Counted from the stretch's first letter, positions 27,974-46,149 are shown. The stretch is DNA of 64,000 nt from Octopus sinensis (GCF_006345805.1 NC_043003.1:59396001-59460000); one strand, 5' to 3'. The notes: generated from the sequence alone by a model not told the origin. A program made the numbers and translations.

Positions 27974-28666
27974 CCTCTCTCTCTATATATATATGTTTAT
28001 ACATAAATACGTAATATATAGATACACACATACATATGTGTATATATACATATATATATGTACATGAGATATATGTATATGCATACATCATATATATATA
28101 TACATATATACATAGATATATATACCTATATACATATACATACGTACACACACAAACGCACACAAATACACACACACACATATATATATATATATCTGCC
28201 TTTCAGCTTTCCACCAGCGACGTGTTAACATCGTTGTTTTCGTCCGCCGCCAAGGCATCGCCGATAAGGCTCCTTTCCATTGCGCCAGAGAAAATTTGTT
28301 TGCTTGTTATCAGTCGTAAGACACTTGTTGTTTTCACCGTTAATGCTTCTGTATTTCATGTTTCTGTATTCCATTATTGTTTTTTGCTTTTTTTATATTC
28401 GTCCCTTTTGCTGTCCCGGTGTTCGTATGCATTCGATCCTTCTTCCAGGAAATCTACGCTCCCAGCTTAGTTTTTCTAATGCTCGTTGCTTAGTTTTTCT
28501 TGGAGGGCTGGCCGTGATCTAGTAATCTCAAGATTAATCAGCCGAAATTACTACGATGATCCGGTTCTTGACTGAAGACTGAGGGTTTCGAATGTCCTGT
28601 CCGTGTTTATTGTATCGTCTTCTAAGAGTTATACGTTCTTGTCCATGTTGTATTTTTCTACATACC

Positions 28667-28707
<41 letters not shown>

Positions 28708-29357
28708 CTATGTGTTGTTTGTTTTTATGCATCTTAAAAATATATGACGTTTGTTATGGTTAATTGTTCGTACATTTCCATTTCTTACCTTAGAATTTTT
28801 CTTTCTTTGAAGTGTAACAACAGGTTTCATGTATTTTGCAGCACTTTCGTTATCCCTTTTTTTAAGTAGATAACGAATTTATGACAATGTTATGTTTTTG
28901 TTGGGACGTTATCGACGGAGACTATACCGACATTGTAAAAACTACAGGTTACCAAAAATCAGCAGAAATCCGTTTGTGACTTCGCTAAACCTGCTCCCTG
29001 GAAATATAATTTTCCTCTGAATCGTAACCACATTGTATTCTTTAACCCAATGTTTAGAAATGAATTTAGGACATTAGTTGGAGAAAAATTTTTGCGCAGA
29101 GAGCGCGAAGTCCAATCAGTTTTCTGGAGAGCGTCTTAACCAAAAGCACTTATTGATGAATTAAACGTTTCCTTACCTCTGCGAGGAATGATAATATTAG
29201 ATGACATTCTAGAATGCACATTTGAGCAAAATTTGTGTGATGTTTCTTGTAGAAAGATTTATTCGCAAGTAGCCCTGACATGTTGTTGCCTGCATTTCTA
29301 TGTATGTATGTTCATATGTATCTAAGTAGGTAGGTAAATAGGTGTATATGTATGTGA

Positions 29358-29409
<52 letters not shown>

Positions 29410-29483
29410 TATATGTGACCGTGTGTGTATCGTTGGCGATTTTCTTATTCCTCCTTCCCTTCCTTGGACTTTTCCTTTTATAT

Positions 29484-29518
29484 GTTTCTGACGAAGAGCT
29501 CCGCTCGAAACGTTGAAT
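29484..29518 (+). ncRNA. Minimal type I hammerhead ribozyme motif within a Penelope-like terminal fragment (about 29428-29617)
   Basis: gttt CTGACGA a gagc-tcc-gctc GAAAC GTT gaat: all core nucleotides present, 4-bp stem II, wobble stem I, palindromic AACGTT stem III. Confidence 0.65.
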
Positions 29519-29615
29519 CATCTTTGTTTCTATCCTTTTCTGAGTGTCCAATAACACTATACTTGTTCCAGGTGCTCGCGTTGTTGTGTTTTCTCTTTGT
29601 TCATGTTTGGATTAA

Positions 29616-29703
<88 letters not shown>

Positions 29704-29732
29704 CTGTGTATGTACGTAGGTTTGCACGTATA

Positions 29733-30140
29733 TTCTGTTCTGTTTTAACTATTTCAATTCTTTCTTTGGGGGAAAAAAAGCTGGTTTTAAACAAAGATAC
29801 AAAGCTCCATCACTAGAATAGAGATAAACAAAACAACGTAACATTTCAAACTTCAGAAAATTATTGCATACTTTTTTCTGTTCCGCTTGCAGATTGTCTT
29901 TCTAATGTTCGGAACCGTTGGTTGAGTCTTTTTACTAAAAAGGACTCTAGTTTATCCAAATTGTCACTTCAGCATTTCTTCTCAAACCAAGTCTAACAAT
30001 TACTATTGATATATACGTGAATTAGTAATCTGGATATAGAAGCTGGAGGTTTCGAAGCAGTTGTCCATAGCTATCCTCGTTCTATTTGATTTTCAAAGAG
30101 ATATTTATATTAGCAGGACATCTGACCTCTATGAACTCGA
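29733..30140 (-). mobile_element. R4/Dong-type LINE 3' remnant, same family as 8734-9500
   Basis: Alignable by eye (gaagctggag..tcgaag..ttgtccatag...ttcaaaga.atatttatat); 5' junction abuts (TGTA)n at 30141-30208. Confidence 0.75.
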
Positions 30141-30307
30141 TGTATGTATGTATATATGTATGTATGTATGAATGTATGTATGTATGTATGTATGTATGTA
30201 TGTATGTATATACGTGCATGTTCTCTCTTCCTACTCATTTCATTAACTTGTAGCAAAATTATGATTTTTAGCACACTAATGTTGTTCCCTTCTTAGACAA
30301 TTCATTG

Positions 30308-30725
30308 GGCGCTGGAGTGACTGTGTGGTAAGTAGCTGCCTTACTAACCACATGGTTCCGGGTTAAGTTCCACTGCGTGACATCTTGGCCAGGTGTCTTC
30401 TACTATAGCTTCGAGCCGACCAAAGCCTTGTGAGTGGATTTGGTAGACGGAGGATGAAAAAAGCCCGTCGTATATATATATATATGTATGTATGTGTGTG
30501 TGTGTGTGTTTGTGTGTCTGTGTTTGTCCCCCACAGCATCGCTTGAAATCCGATGCTGGTGTGTTTACGTCCCCGTAACTTAGCGGTTCAGCAAAAGAGA
30601 CCTATAGGATAAGTACTAGGCTTACAAAGAATAAGTCTTCAGATCAATTTGCTCGACTAAAGGGGGTGCTCCAGCATGGTCGCAGTCAGAATGACTGAAA
30701 CTAGTAAAAGAGTAAAAGAGTAAAG
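30308..30725 (+). mobile_element. tRNA-derived SINE (family A), full length
   Basis: tRNA-like head with A/B boxes, central (TA/TG)n, tail gactgaaactagtaaaagagtaaaagag; same family at 51749 and 57710. Confidence 0.9.
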
Positions 30726-31383
30726 GGAGTATATACAAAATGAAATGTGAAATAAAACATTCTGTTCACACAAGGTTTTTTTAATGAGATGTTACACATC
30801 TAAAAGACATTTCGCAACTTTGACTATTTCGTATTTCATACTTCTATACTGTGTTAAGGATTACATAAGACACCGTATCCCCATATTTCTAATTGATTAG
30901 TGCATGATTTGAGGGTTGCTTTTCATAGCAAGGAGGGCCACCGGAGAGCGGCTGCCTTTCCTGGCAAGAACTTTTAAAAGTTTATCTGCAATATTTTGTT
31001 CTTGGGGGCAGTAATGGCAATGTCAATCGTAACGCCTTTGATATTACTCAATGTAGTTAAACATTTAACTATATATCATGTGGAGATTGTGAAATATGGA
31101 ATTTGTAAAGGAAATTTTTTTCTCCCTTCGTTGAAAGAATTAGAAGCATAAAATGGACACAGAATTAGCTGCTTGAAATATCTTGCATCGTAAACATGCG
31201 GTACCGTGAGCAAGTATTTTAAACCAAGACATTCTACGTAAAAGTTGTTCGTCGGAAACTCTACACACGCCAATCGGCATAAGAAATTCCACCAAAATAT
31301 TGAAATATACAGAGATACATCTGTCTGTCTCCTTGTCTGTCTGCCCCTTTCATATGTACTCTCTTTCAATACATATATGACCA

Positions 31384-31417
<34 letters not shown>

Positions 31418-32082
31418 TATATATATATATATTATATATATATGTGTGTGTGTGTGTGTGTTGTGTGTGTGTGTGTGTGTATGTGTGTTTGTGTGCGTGT
31501 CTGTGTTTGTGCGTGTGTGAGATAGGATATATGATTATATATATATATATATCTACCTACGTACCTACCTACCTACCTACATATCTATCTATCTATCTAT
31601 ATCTCTATCTATATAAGATTATATTTAATGAATATTTAGTTCTTGTATATATGTATATATTTATGTATAAGACAGAGTGTATGTATATATATATATACAT
31701 ACTGTCCTATGCATAAATATATAAAGATGCACATATGTACAAGAAGAATTAAATGTTCATTAAAATATAAACTTATATTTCAGAATATTGATATAATTAT
31801 TGTTAATGTGAGTATAAGCTTACAAACCCCACGGATGTACCAACTTTTCAAATCCCATGACATTCGCAAAGAGCTGTGAAGCCCGAAGAAAATCGTGAGA
31901 TTTGAAACAGTGGCATCTCCGTAGGGCTTATATTCACAAATGTTATATATATATATATAAACATTCGTATATACACGCAATTGATACATACATACGTACA
32001 TGCACGCACATAGACACACACACACATTCACACGCACGCATACAGAAATACATGAATTCAGATGGAAAACAGACATACAGAT

Positions 32083-35880
<3,798 letters not shown>

Positions 35881-36340
35881 CGTACACACACACATATATG
35901 CATACATATATATTATATAAATGCATAAATGTCTCTATTAAGATATGTGTGTGTGTGTTTGTGTATGCGTGCTTTGTGTATGTATCCTTTCTAAGATACT
36001 TAAAGCACGATGCTTATTATAAAATAAATGAATACCTCTGTCCCTATAAACACAGAGAGTTTATTAGATACGCTTGACTGAACCTCAACGCATTAATTAC
36101 GCTTTCACGCCTAGACCTGGTTTTCTCAAACAAAAGTTAGTAAGAAAGACTCTAATCGCCAGGAACATCACTGCCAAATAAATCAGCCATGTGAGCATTG
36201 TAAGCAAATACGAGACATTTTGTTTCTGTGGAGGTCTCCGTTAATAATCAATGACATCTTTCAATATCTGGTGGTGAGGAGTTGTATGGCGGTGGGGAGC
36301 AACCGCATTTCTTTTATTGAAGAATAGAATATATCACGTG

Positions 36341-36342
<2 letters not shown>

Positions 36343-36431
<89 letters not shown>

Positions 36432-36433
36432 TC

Positions 36434-36474
<41 letters not shown>

Positions 36475-36531
36475 ACGACGACGACGACGACAACAACAAC
36501 AACAACAATAACAATAATAATAATAATAATA
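36343..36531. repeat. Compound trinucleotide ladder (CTA)n-(CTG)n-(GAT)n-(GAC)n-(AAC)n-(AAT)n
   Basis: Direct reading. Confidence 0.95.
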
Positions 36532-36889
36532 AACCTTTCTACAAAAAGCACATGGCCTGAAATTTGTGGGGAGGGGACTAGTCGAATACATCGACTCCAG
36601 TGTTTCACTGATATTCAATTTATAGATGAAAGGATGAAAGGCAAAGTCAACTTTGACGGAATTTGAACTCAAAACGTAACGCCGGGCGAAGCACAAGTTT
36701 TGAAATCTTAAGGAAGAGATTAGTCGATTACATCGACCCCAGTGCTCAACCGGTACTTATTTCATCGATCCCGAAATGATGAAAGCCAAGGTTGACCTCA
36801 GCGCTATTTGAACCCAGAGCATAAATATGGCCGAATAGTTGCTAAGCATTGTTGCTCGGCGTGTTAACCATTCTGCCAGCTCGCCGCCT
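36531..36889 (-). mobile_element. Two adjacent tRNA-derived SINE (family B) copies
   Basis: gtcgat..catcgac..cagt, gatgaaaggcaaagtc.ac, gaatttgaactc; head ...ttctgccagctcgccgcc. Confidence 0.85.
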
Positions 36890-36989
36890 TGCCCGCCGCC
36901 TTGCGCACTGCCTTACCTGCCTTACCTGCCTTGCCCATAAAGTGCTTTACATCAACTGGAGAGTAATCACTGAGGTATCGATAAATCTT

Positions 36990-38160
36990 CAACAACAATC
37001 TAAGTTTCGTCTAAGTTTTTATCACTGTATCACATTAATAAAGGCGTGCTTTTGCTTACTAACTATTTTAAAGTTCAGGCACTTCATGTGGAAGACCATT
37101 CAAAGTGATCGCCGGCTTCTTTCTCTGCTGCCTTTTGTCTGTGATCTTTTTTGTCACCTTTACCTTTTCTTAATAATTTCACAACGTTCTCCAACCTCCA
37201 TGGCTTCATTTAGCCGCAAGGCAAAGAAATGTTACACCTCCTCAGAGCCCTCCATCCCGTCGTGCCTTGAGGGATATACTTCTCGGCTACTCAATGCAGG
37301 GATATACTTCTCGGCTATTCCGGTCTCGTTGTCGAATCTCGGTGTTGGTGGAAGTGTGGAAGAAGCTTCCCCTCTTGTTGTGAAGTTCAGACCGGTTTTT
37401 CTTTGCAAATAGGGATGACCTCTCCTATACTAATCAACTATCACCCCTTAGTCTCTGTCCCACCCCTGCCAATTTTCCTTTTGACTGCCCCTTTGTTTTC
37501 AGAAAGGCACACTTTAACGTCTTTAGTATCGTATATATATATGAACTTCTGTTTACACCACTTGAATAATTGCGATTCATCCTTAATTCTTGAATAAAAG
37601 AGAGGTTTTTGTAGATTTGTAGTCATTAATGGGAATATCAATAACTGTAAGTCCATGCAAGTCTCAGCGACACGGTGTTTTGGGGATTATCGCTATATTC
37701 ATTTCATGCCCGTACTTATGTGTAAACGTACCAGAAATGACATTCGGTACTGGAATACCGTCTGACATCTTGGCATTTCTGAGACTCATATGAGATACTC
37801 TTATAGTTTTAATTTCTGATTCCTTGTCTTAAGCCTGCCCGTCAATATGCGTTGCTGTGGATGTGAAGTACACTTTCTGTGATAGACATCAGCCAAATTT
37901 TCCCCAGTTTCTCTATCGAGAACATAGGGAGGCCGCCTCAACGTTTGAAAAGTGGATATATCTTCACTTCTTTCTCTTACCTGAGCAAAATTGTCGAGCA
38001 AAGATGCTGACTTTTGTGACATACATCGCCCACAACTAGTTTGGCTTCAGTAAAAAGCATCTTCTCAGCATATGGCTGTACTGATAAATCACCTGCATTA
38101 CTATTTTCCTCATAAGTTTGGATGTGTATAGTGAACTCAGCTAATGCATTTAGTAGAGAC
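36990..38160 (-). pseudogene. Decayed coding-like relic of unknown origin; includes a possible 179-nt exon at 37981-38159
   Basis: Several long open frames; SLLNALAEFTIHIQTYEENSNAGDLSVQPYAEKMLFTEAKLVVGDVCHKSQHLCSTILL bounded by tttcatctctcAG and CAG|GTAAGA; distal VFHMKCL resembles a PHD H-xx-C remnant. Confidence 0.35.
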
Positions 38161-41100
38161 TGAGAGATGAAAGTAAAATTTAAATTTGGGGCTCACAAAG
38201 TCTTTGCATTAAAAAGTTTCAAGATTTTGTTTGCTACTTTCATCATGGTTCATTATATTAACTTGTGCAATATGTATTAATGTATCTTCTTCTCAGTAAA
38301 ATGCACGAGAAGAGACTTCACTCTGCATTTGAAGGGTCTCTATATTTCTATTCTCAAAGGTTATTAATAAAATGAAGCAACTATACTTGCTTTTGCTTTC
38401 ATTTTCCATCAAAGACAGGGATATCTCACCCAATATTAACCTGTATATTCAATTGCCAAACTGTTAAATACCTTTTCATTTTAAGTATTACAGATTTATT
38501 TAACTACCAAACACAAAAAAAAAAAAAAATCATTTCTGATTACACTATTTGCTATTCACTAAACGAACCGAATATTTCGAAGTGAAACGATTTTGTCTAG
38601 ACATGAACACTTGGAGAATTTTCTGTGCGCTTAGAAAGCTTCTGTGGACCTCTGATTAAAAACATGCCTAGTCATTCTAGTTTTATTTTCAAGATCTATC
38701 TTTTTAATGATGCATAGTAACGATTGATCTTTTAGGAAGGACGAGTTAACAGTTATAATCTCTCTTGATCAGATTCATTGAGTTGCAACGTGAACAATTC
38801 TGCTCCTTTCGCTTCTCCCTTGAAACAGACGTAAGAAACGATGATCAACGAAGAACTGATGTGAAACACGTAATGGTAAATATCGTTTCTTGAGTTACAC
38901 ACAGCATTTTCCAATGTAAAGCCCAGTTGGCGACGAAAACCACACTTCTTAAATAACACGAAGGATAAATTGGTTAACGTATTGTAGTGTACACTACACT
39001 CAGAATATATACGGCCATTTTACGACTAAAAATTTCTTATTACAAAGTAGGTCAATCATTTATTTAATTTTTTCTTTTTCAGCTTAATCAGATAAGAAGA
39101 AAAACCGACAAAACAGTGCTTTATAAAAATACATTTTGTGGTATTTGCGAAGCACGAATTTCACAGACACCACTTTTTAACTCTCACCATCACAAATGCA
39201 ATAAACTAATGAATAGACCGTTGGAATGTATAACAACCAAATATAAAATATTGAAATAAATTTGAGATGAAACAATACTTCTTGATAGTCAATTACAACG
39301 TTCGTCTTTTTATTTTTTTCAGAAGTAGTCTTCAGAATTTAATGCAGAAGTGAATGTAAAATTTCAAAAATCAACCGCCTAACGTGAATAGGAGCAAGGT
39401 GACCCTGCAAATCTATGCAAGCTATTCAATAAAAGAACTGAATTAATTTGCATTTTATAGATATTTAAGCGGCGACGAATGTAATAATCGTGCATATAAT
39501 GATGAACCTGTGAAAATAGATTTGTCATATTTGACATAATTCTAAATCTTGGTTTTTTTTTATACCACCATCATTTTATCAAATCCATTAACACGTTGCC
39601 AGGTGAAGACACACCGTACAAATTTCTAGTGCTAGAAATATAATCAGGTATCACAGAACACATTGTTATAGAGTTATGTTAATAAGCGTTAGATACTGCG
39701 CAACGAAGGAAAGATTCGGAGAGATGATATAAGAAAAATATATAAATAACTAAACGAGAAAGCTGATTATCAAGTTACAATTTCATAACGAAATCAAAGT
39801 TACATTTTCTTTAAAAAATATGAAGGGAATAATCACCGTATTTAACGGTAAAAGTACAACGACTAAATCACTAGTGCAATCATGCAAATGTATATAAGAT
39901 TTCGTGTAAGTTTCCAACAATAAATATATATCGTTAGTAAAATTATTAAAATGGGTACCGAAATTACTCTCAAGTTACGAACAATTGACTACAATTGAAG
40001 TATGGATCTTAAAGATCAATCATTGACATGAATAATTGAATGCTTTTTGTTAACTTAGAACTAAGCCACACCGTTTCACATACGCAAACATCTACACTTA
40101 GGTCATATTCTCTGAGATGCGAATCTTCAATGTAATATGTTTTATAATATCGTACACAAGACTTAAACTAAGATTTAGGTCTGTCATGAGTCCGGTGACA
40201 CATTATACCGCTGCTTAAACCTGTGTACATAGTATAAGTAACCACGATTACAAAATGATCCCCTGAACAACATGATGGTCCGCTGGAGAATCAACTTCTC
40301 AGATAGTGCAGGAACTAGTTGTCAGCTGAGTAGGTTGCAGTAATGGGAAATAAAGTGTTTTGATCAAAAATCCAGCTCACTACTCTGTCTGGGAATCGAC
40401 ACCATGATAATACGATTCTAAGAGCAATGCTCTCACCACTTTGCTATATGACAATATCGTAACAATCGTGTAATTCCAGAAACTCCTATTGTATGAAAAT
40501 ACTATCCTTAGAATATATGTGCGAGTTAAAAACATAATGCGACTCACTACTCTATTTTATTTTTATATAGATGGAAAAGGCCTGCTTTAGTAATCACCAG
40601 CACACCCGCTATTTTAGATGGGATCTATGATTAAGAATAATAATCTAGCGACTATGTGTTGCATAAATAAAAATTCTGAGAGAAATTTACATGGCACAAT
40701 TTAGAAACATATTTTGCTCATTATCGTAGCAGTACACAGCAATTATAAAAGATGAGACACACAATCTTTACGGTGATTATAGCTTTGATGTAGAATTACT
40801 AACACTTGTGAAAAGGTGCATTATTGATTTCAAACTAACATGGCAGCTAAAATATACAGATTACAGTAGAGGAATCAAACTTAGATTGTTTTCCATATGC
40901 TACTTAAAATACAGGGGATCGGCAAATACTACTCTGTAAGAAAGAACGTGTCGCTATTACGATCAGTTTACGTTAGATTTAGAAATACATTGATCTGGAA
41001 ATAGGAATGCCTAATTCTGTAGTCATAGATGTAACTAAACAGACAAGATGCTGAGGGTTGAAATACGTTTCATTATAGCTCAGTCCATCAGCCTTTACTT

Positions 41101-42531
41101 GCAGCGAAACAAAGATAACAACAACAACAACAATAACAACAACAACAACTGTAACCATAGCAATAACAGAACTGCAACAAAAATTAAAATCATCGACATC
41201 CTACAGAAAATGACTTGATATATATATATACAACTCATAATTTTTCATCGAACGTAGAAGTGGTTGTAATCTGGTGTTAACATAACGAGGGGGATTTTTC
41301 GAGATTTTTTATTGAGGCTTCGAGGGAAAATATTTCTTAAACAATACATCAAACCTCAATGGACATCAATACATTCCCGAAGAAACTAAAAACCTGTCCA
41401 CATGTAAATACTTGGAACTAGAAATATTGTGTATAAGGTGTTAAAAAATACATTTCAATTGAGTGAAATTCATACACGAAGAACGTTGCAGATGAACCTC
41501 ATGGCAATGGAGTTTGCTTGACTTATGAAGTGACTCTAATAATCCAGAAACACAAAAGGGCAATCTCCTTATTTTTCTGTTTGCAAAGAGATAGTAAATA
41601 TATTTACATTTGTTTACTTTCCACAACACAGGGGCTATGAAAATAAAATGTAAAGATATTAGAGTTATCTTTGCTTTTCTGATACACACTGCATGTGCAT
41701 AAAAATATTTAAAAAAACATTCAACCTCGCTGCCGGCTTAAAACACTGTATGCGAATTAGTTTCATAATATGTTAGACACCAATTTGGATTTCATATAAA
41801 AGACTTTTCAGATTTGAAGCTCGGCAAATCTTTTATTCAGTTTACGAAAGGGAAAATGACACACGCACACATTTGTTTAGTTTCCACAGCATATATATAG
41901 GTTACCAAGTATATATTAAATTGTAATATTTTGAGCATAAAGATATTCGGAAAGCACGCATACAAACACACATTTTTCGTACTGCAGTAGCACTTGTAGG
42001 TATGTTTTTTATTCCCAATCCCGGCTTCAACTGAGTAGCCATTGTTGTATGCTGTAAAGTAAAATATTCTTTAAGTCTCTTTGTCTCCCTCACCAACATA
42101 CTTGCCAGGCCTCCCTGAAGTCACTTCCGGTGTTGGGAGCATTGCGGGTCCAGTTTAGTTTTGCAGAGAATATTGGAGCAGCAACAGGACCCAGGAATAA
42201 CGTGTATAGGCCTAGCTTGTTGGATATACTCTAAAACATATCACTGACTGTCCTATTTTGTGAGAGCTTACAACAAGACAAAAGTTAAAAGAATGTACCT
42301 CAAGAAGAGAAATGGTTATAGATTTCAGATATGTCATTTGGATATTCAGCAGCCTCTGGCACCTGCGACGATGTAGCGATTGTATTGGGTTCCCTCGCCA
42401 CCAAATATATCTTCTAACCATCTTCTTCTGATACTAGGATCTGAAAGGCTCCAATATGAAGGTGAACTGAAAGGCTTCAATATGTAGGGGGAACTGAAGA
42501 GCTTCCATATATGGGTAGATTCTACAATATA

Positions 42532-43756
42532 TAGGGTCATCCCATAAATAATGCGTTTTTTTTTTATACTTCATTTATTTTGCAAAATTAAAATAAGGTT
42601 TTCCTTCGTTTTCTACAACGTTCTTCCATCTATTTGGTAGAATTGCAAGGCGCCTCTTCAAAACTTCACTGGTCCGTGACGAAAAATACTCTTTCAGTAC
42701 TGTTCTGACCTCGACTACAGAAATCATATTTTTTTCGTCCTAATGGTTTTGAAGACTGCTGAATAAATGATATCAAATGGGGCAATGTCCAGTGACTATG
42801 GAAGATGAGGCATCGTTTCCCATTCAAACTGTTCCATTATTTGGAATGTCATCCTCGTTATATGTGGCCGAGCCTTATCCCGATGGAAGAATACCTTGCG
42901 TTTTGAAACCAAATATGGTCGGTTTTCTTCTAACGCTAATTTAAGCCATTCAAGCTGCTCGCAGTAGATCTCCTTTATTATCGCTTGGTTTGAGCTTAAA
43001 AGTGTAATGTAGTCTAGACCTTTCATATCCTAGTAACAGACAATAACACCTTACGTGGGAGAAAACGTTCTTTAGCCTGGGGTTCCGGTGTTTCTCCTTT
43101 CCCTAGTCACTCTCTTCGACGTTTGACATTTTTATAGAGAACCCATTTCTCGTCACCTGTCACATTTCAGTTGAAAAAAGAGTCATTCGTGTGATGTGAC
43201 CGCTAAGAAGAACACACATTCACTCTGCGCGTGATTAGACTCGGAAAGTTCGTGAGGAATCCATTGACCCAATTCGCTGACTTTTCCGATGGCACACAGG
43301 TGTCTATGAATGGTTGAATGACCAATTCTATGCTTCTCTGCTAGCTCGTGCTTTACAGTTCTTCCAGGACAAGCCTCGTCTTCTAGGCTGTAGTTTTTGG
43401 CTCTGGAACCACTGCTGAAACTGGAACCACTGTCCCAATATTGACACTGGCTTACAATTATTGTCCGATCCCCGGATACTGCATTAATATTCCTCACACG
43501 TGCCGTTGTGTTGTTGCCTTTATTGAACTCAAAGCAAAATATGCCGAAAATGCTCCTTTGCCACTTCTATTATAGCTATGAAAAAATAACTGTTAAAATC
43601 GAACTGCACTCTTCAAAACTTGCACTAAGAATAAGGAAGAAGCAAAATTACTACCTGCTTCTATAGCAAGTCGATGCAGATAGTTTATCCCGTCCCCCAC
43701 CCGACTTAAACTTCATGTAATTAAAAAAATAAAGCAATTTTCATGGGATGACCCAA
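42532..43756 (-). mobile_element. Near full-length degenerate mariner
   Basis: TIR core gggtcatcccat at both ends; QWIPHELS, KVFFHRDKARPH, WETMPHLP motifs. Confidence 0.9.
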
Positions 43757-45919
43757 AAAATCGATCATGGTCTTTAAGTATCATGTTATTTTTCTAATTG
43801 TTTTAAGTGCATATGTAATCACGCGATGTTACAAATACCGTCTCAGTAGCCCCTGTCTCTTGAACCACTGGACCATTAAAAGAAGAGAATGCTGCACTTT
43901 TTCCCTCGTTGTTCGTCACGGCTTAATAGGCTTGGATGACGCAGAATATAGGAGTTTTATCAGGTATACAACCTATCGCTTGGTCAAGGATTTGAAATCG
44001 CGAATCTATGATGCCGAGCCACACATTTTTTCACTAAAATTTTGAATGAGCATACAAATTTCCAGTTAGTTATTGATTACTTTGTGTTGTTACTATTAGT
44101 ATGTATTCATTTCTACGAGCGTCTGAATTTGTGGGTATGCGTATATTTGTAGTCTTATGAACTCAGTTAAAGTGTTTAGTATCTAATCTAGTGCACTCAA
44201 TCAAATGGTTTAATCGTCGTGTATGTGTATACACGCGTATGTGAACGTGTCTCTGCTTATTCAGATGTAAACCTATATTCATTTATATGTCTCTTGTGGT
44301 TGCTAACTTGCGGTTGTTAAGTGCATTTATTCATACATGGAGCTCATTCTATTTTTTTTCCAACGCATATTTGAGGAGAAAAACCCCCCAGAAGTGGAAA
44401 GGAAATATCTGTTGAAATGGGATTTTCTTTCTGCCGGAATATCATCACATTTCCTATATATGTATTCATTAATTTATTAAAGATACGCGGACACTTCAAC
44501 TCTTTCTAATTAGACACACATTACTACATAAAAAGTAAAATAAAAATACATAATGAAAATGAAAATGTCACTCTTGGAATATCATACCGCTGTTATTGGC
44601 TATGCCGTTAAGTGTTGTAAGTAGATACCTATCAGTATGAGGGCATACAGAGATTAATTCTACGTGCCAATTTAATATTTTGTTTAAATCTATAGTATTC
44701 ATAACATTCCTTAAAACGCTGCTGAAATCATTGATTGCTTATAAGGTGTCTCTCTATGCTAGATTTACCATTTGATGTTATGGAGTATGACATAATCTTT
44801 GAAAACCATCATGATTGTTATAAGCATTGTGCCAGTTTTCTCTGTAAATTGATAAATATACAATTATATTGATAAAGTTAGTAGTAAAGATATATTGCGA
44901 CGATCCCTGTATAATCAAAACTTGTCTCATATTTTATGTCTGATTTCCGTGTAAAGCTTCAATTGACTGGATGTACTCTTTGAGAATGACAACCAAATTA
45001 CGCTGCGCCGTTAGTTGTGATCTGATGATATGCATTCTCCAATTATTCTTATGAAGAACGATGCACTATTCACAGAATTCTTTCGTGTTTAGCCACTTAT
45101 TTCGAGCAAATTTGTATTGAAGGTTATTATGTACATATGTTTAGGGGTAAACAGGTTCTTATGAGCAGTAGAAGGGTTTTACTTATTCATACATTTATAT
45201 TTATCGAAAATGATGCATATCAACACATGACCTTTATTCCTTTCTATTAGATTTTTTCGTATCTAACATTTAACGTATTATATTTAACGGTTTCTTGTAG
45301 TCACTGGATAACAGTGCTTTGTTGTATAGTATACGCCACTCTATTGAATGATTGCACAATTTTGAGAAATTTTCTAAGAATACACGGTGAGCTGTTTGAA
45401 TTGTGTATTTGGTTAGAATATTAACAGTCAATAACGTTAAGTGTTGCGTTTAAGAAATTTACTATCTTGAGGTTATTACTCATATATCTAAATAGACATA
45501 AAGAGATACAACACAGATATGCATAGATTACACTATCAATTCAAAGCACAGCGTAGACATACATCCAGGTATATAGCAAACAGTGCTAAGGAACACATAC
45601 ACATGTAAAATATACGCATAATGGCGATTGGGAAGGAACATAGAAAGAAATACACAGAATAACAACACATAGAAAACAGTTGTGATAAGACATACTAATA
45701 CCGTCGAAATGAAATACGTTGAAGAGAGAGTTTCATTGTATTAGATGGAGTAAAAAAACAGACGAAGAGTGAAGCATTACCTGAAGAAAGAAGTTATGGT
45801 GAAACCGTTAGTAATGATATTGAAGCAATATCAAGCTAATAGATTAACATGTATTGTACACTGTAATTTAGCATTGATTTCTCCTTCATTCATTGTAGTA
45901 TGTTTTCTTATGTCCGTCT

Positions 45920-45990
45920 GTCTGTCTGTCTATGTGTCTATGTGCCCGTCTGTTTGTCTATCTGACTGTCTATCTATCTATCAATCAATA

Positions 45991-46050
<60 letters not shown>

Positions 46051-46089
46051 AATATATCTAACTATCTATCTATCTATCTATCTATCTGT

Positions 46090-46123
<34 letters not shown>

Positions 46124-46149
46124 GTCTATCTATCTACCTATCTACTATG

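Noticed and set aside
28500-28600. Hammerhead in the repeat around CTGAAGA at 28572
   Set aside because: No GAAA with a paired stem II in the correct order
30905-31070. H/ACA snoRNA-like double hairpin ending in ACAttt
   Set aside because: No ANANNA H box between the hairpins
36849-37412. 187-aa plus-strand ORF as a gene
   Set aside because: Starts inside a SINE at a TTG, has no recognisable domain, and is probably the shadow of the minus-strand relic
42098-42112. U1 snRNA-like 5' end (atacttgccagg)
   Set aside because: Similarity stops after a few bases
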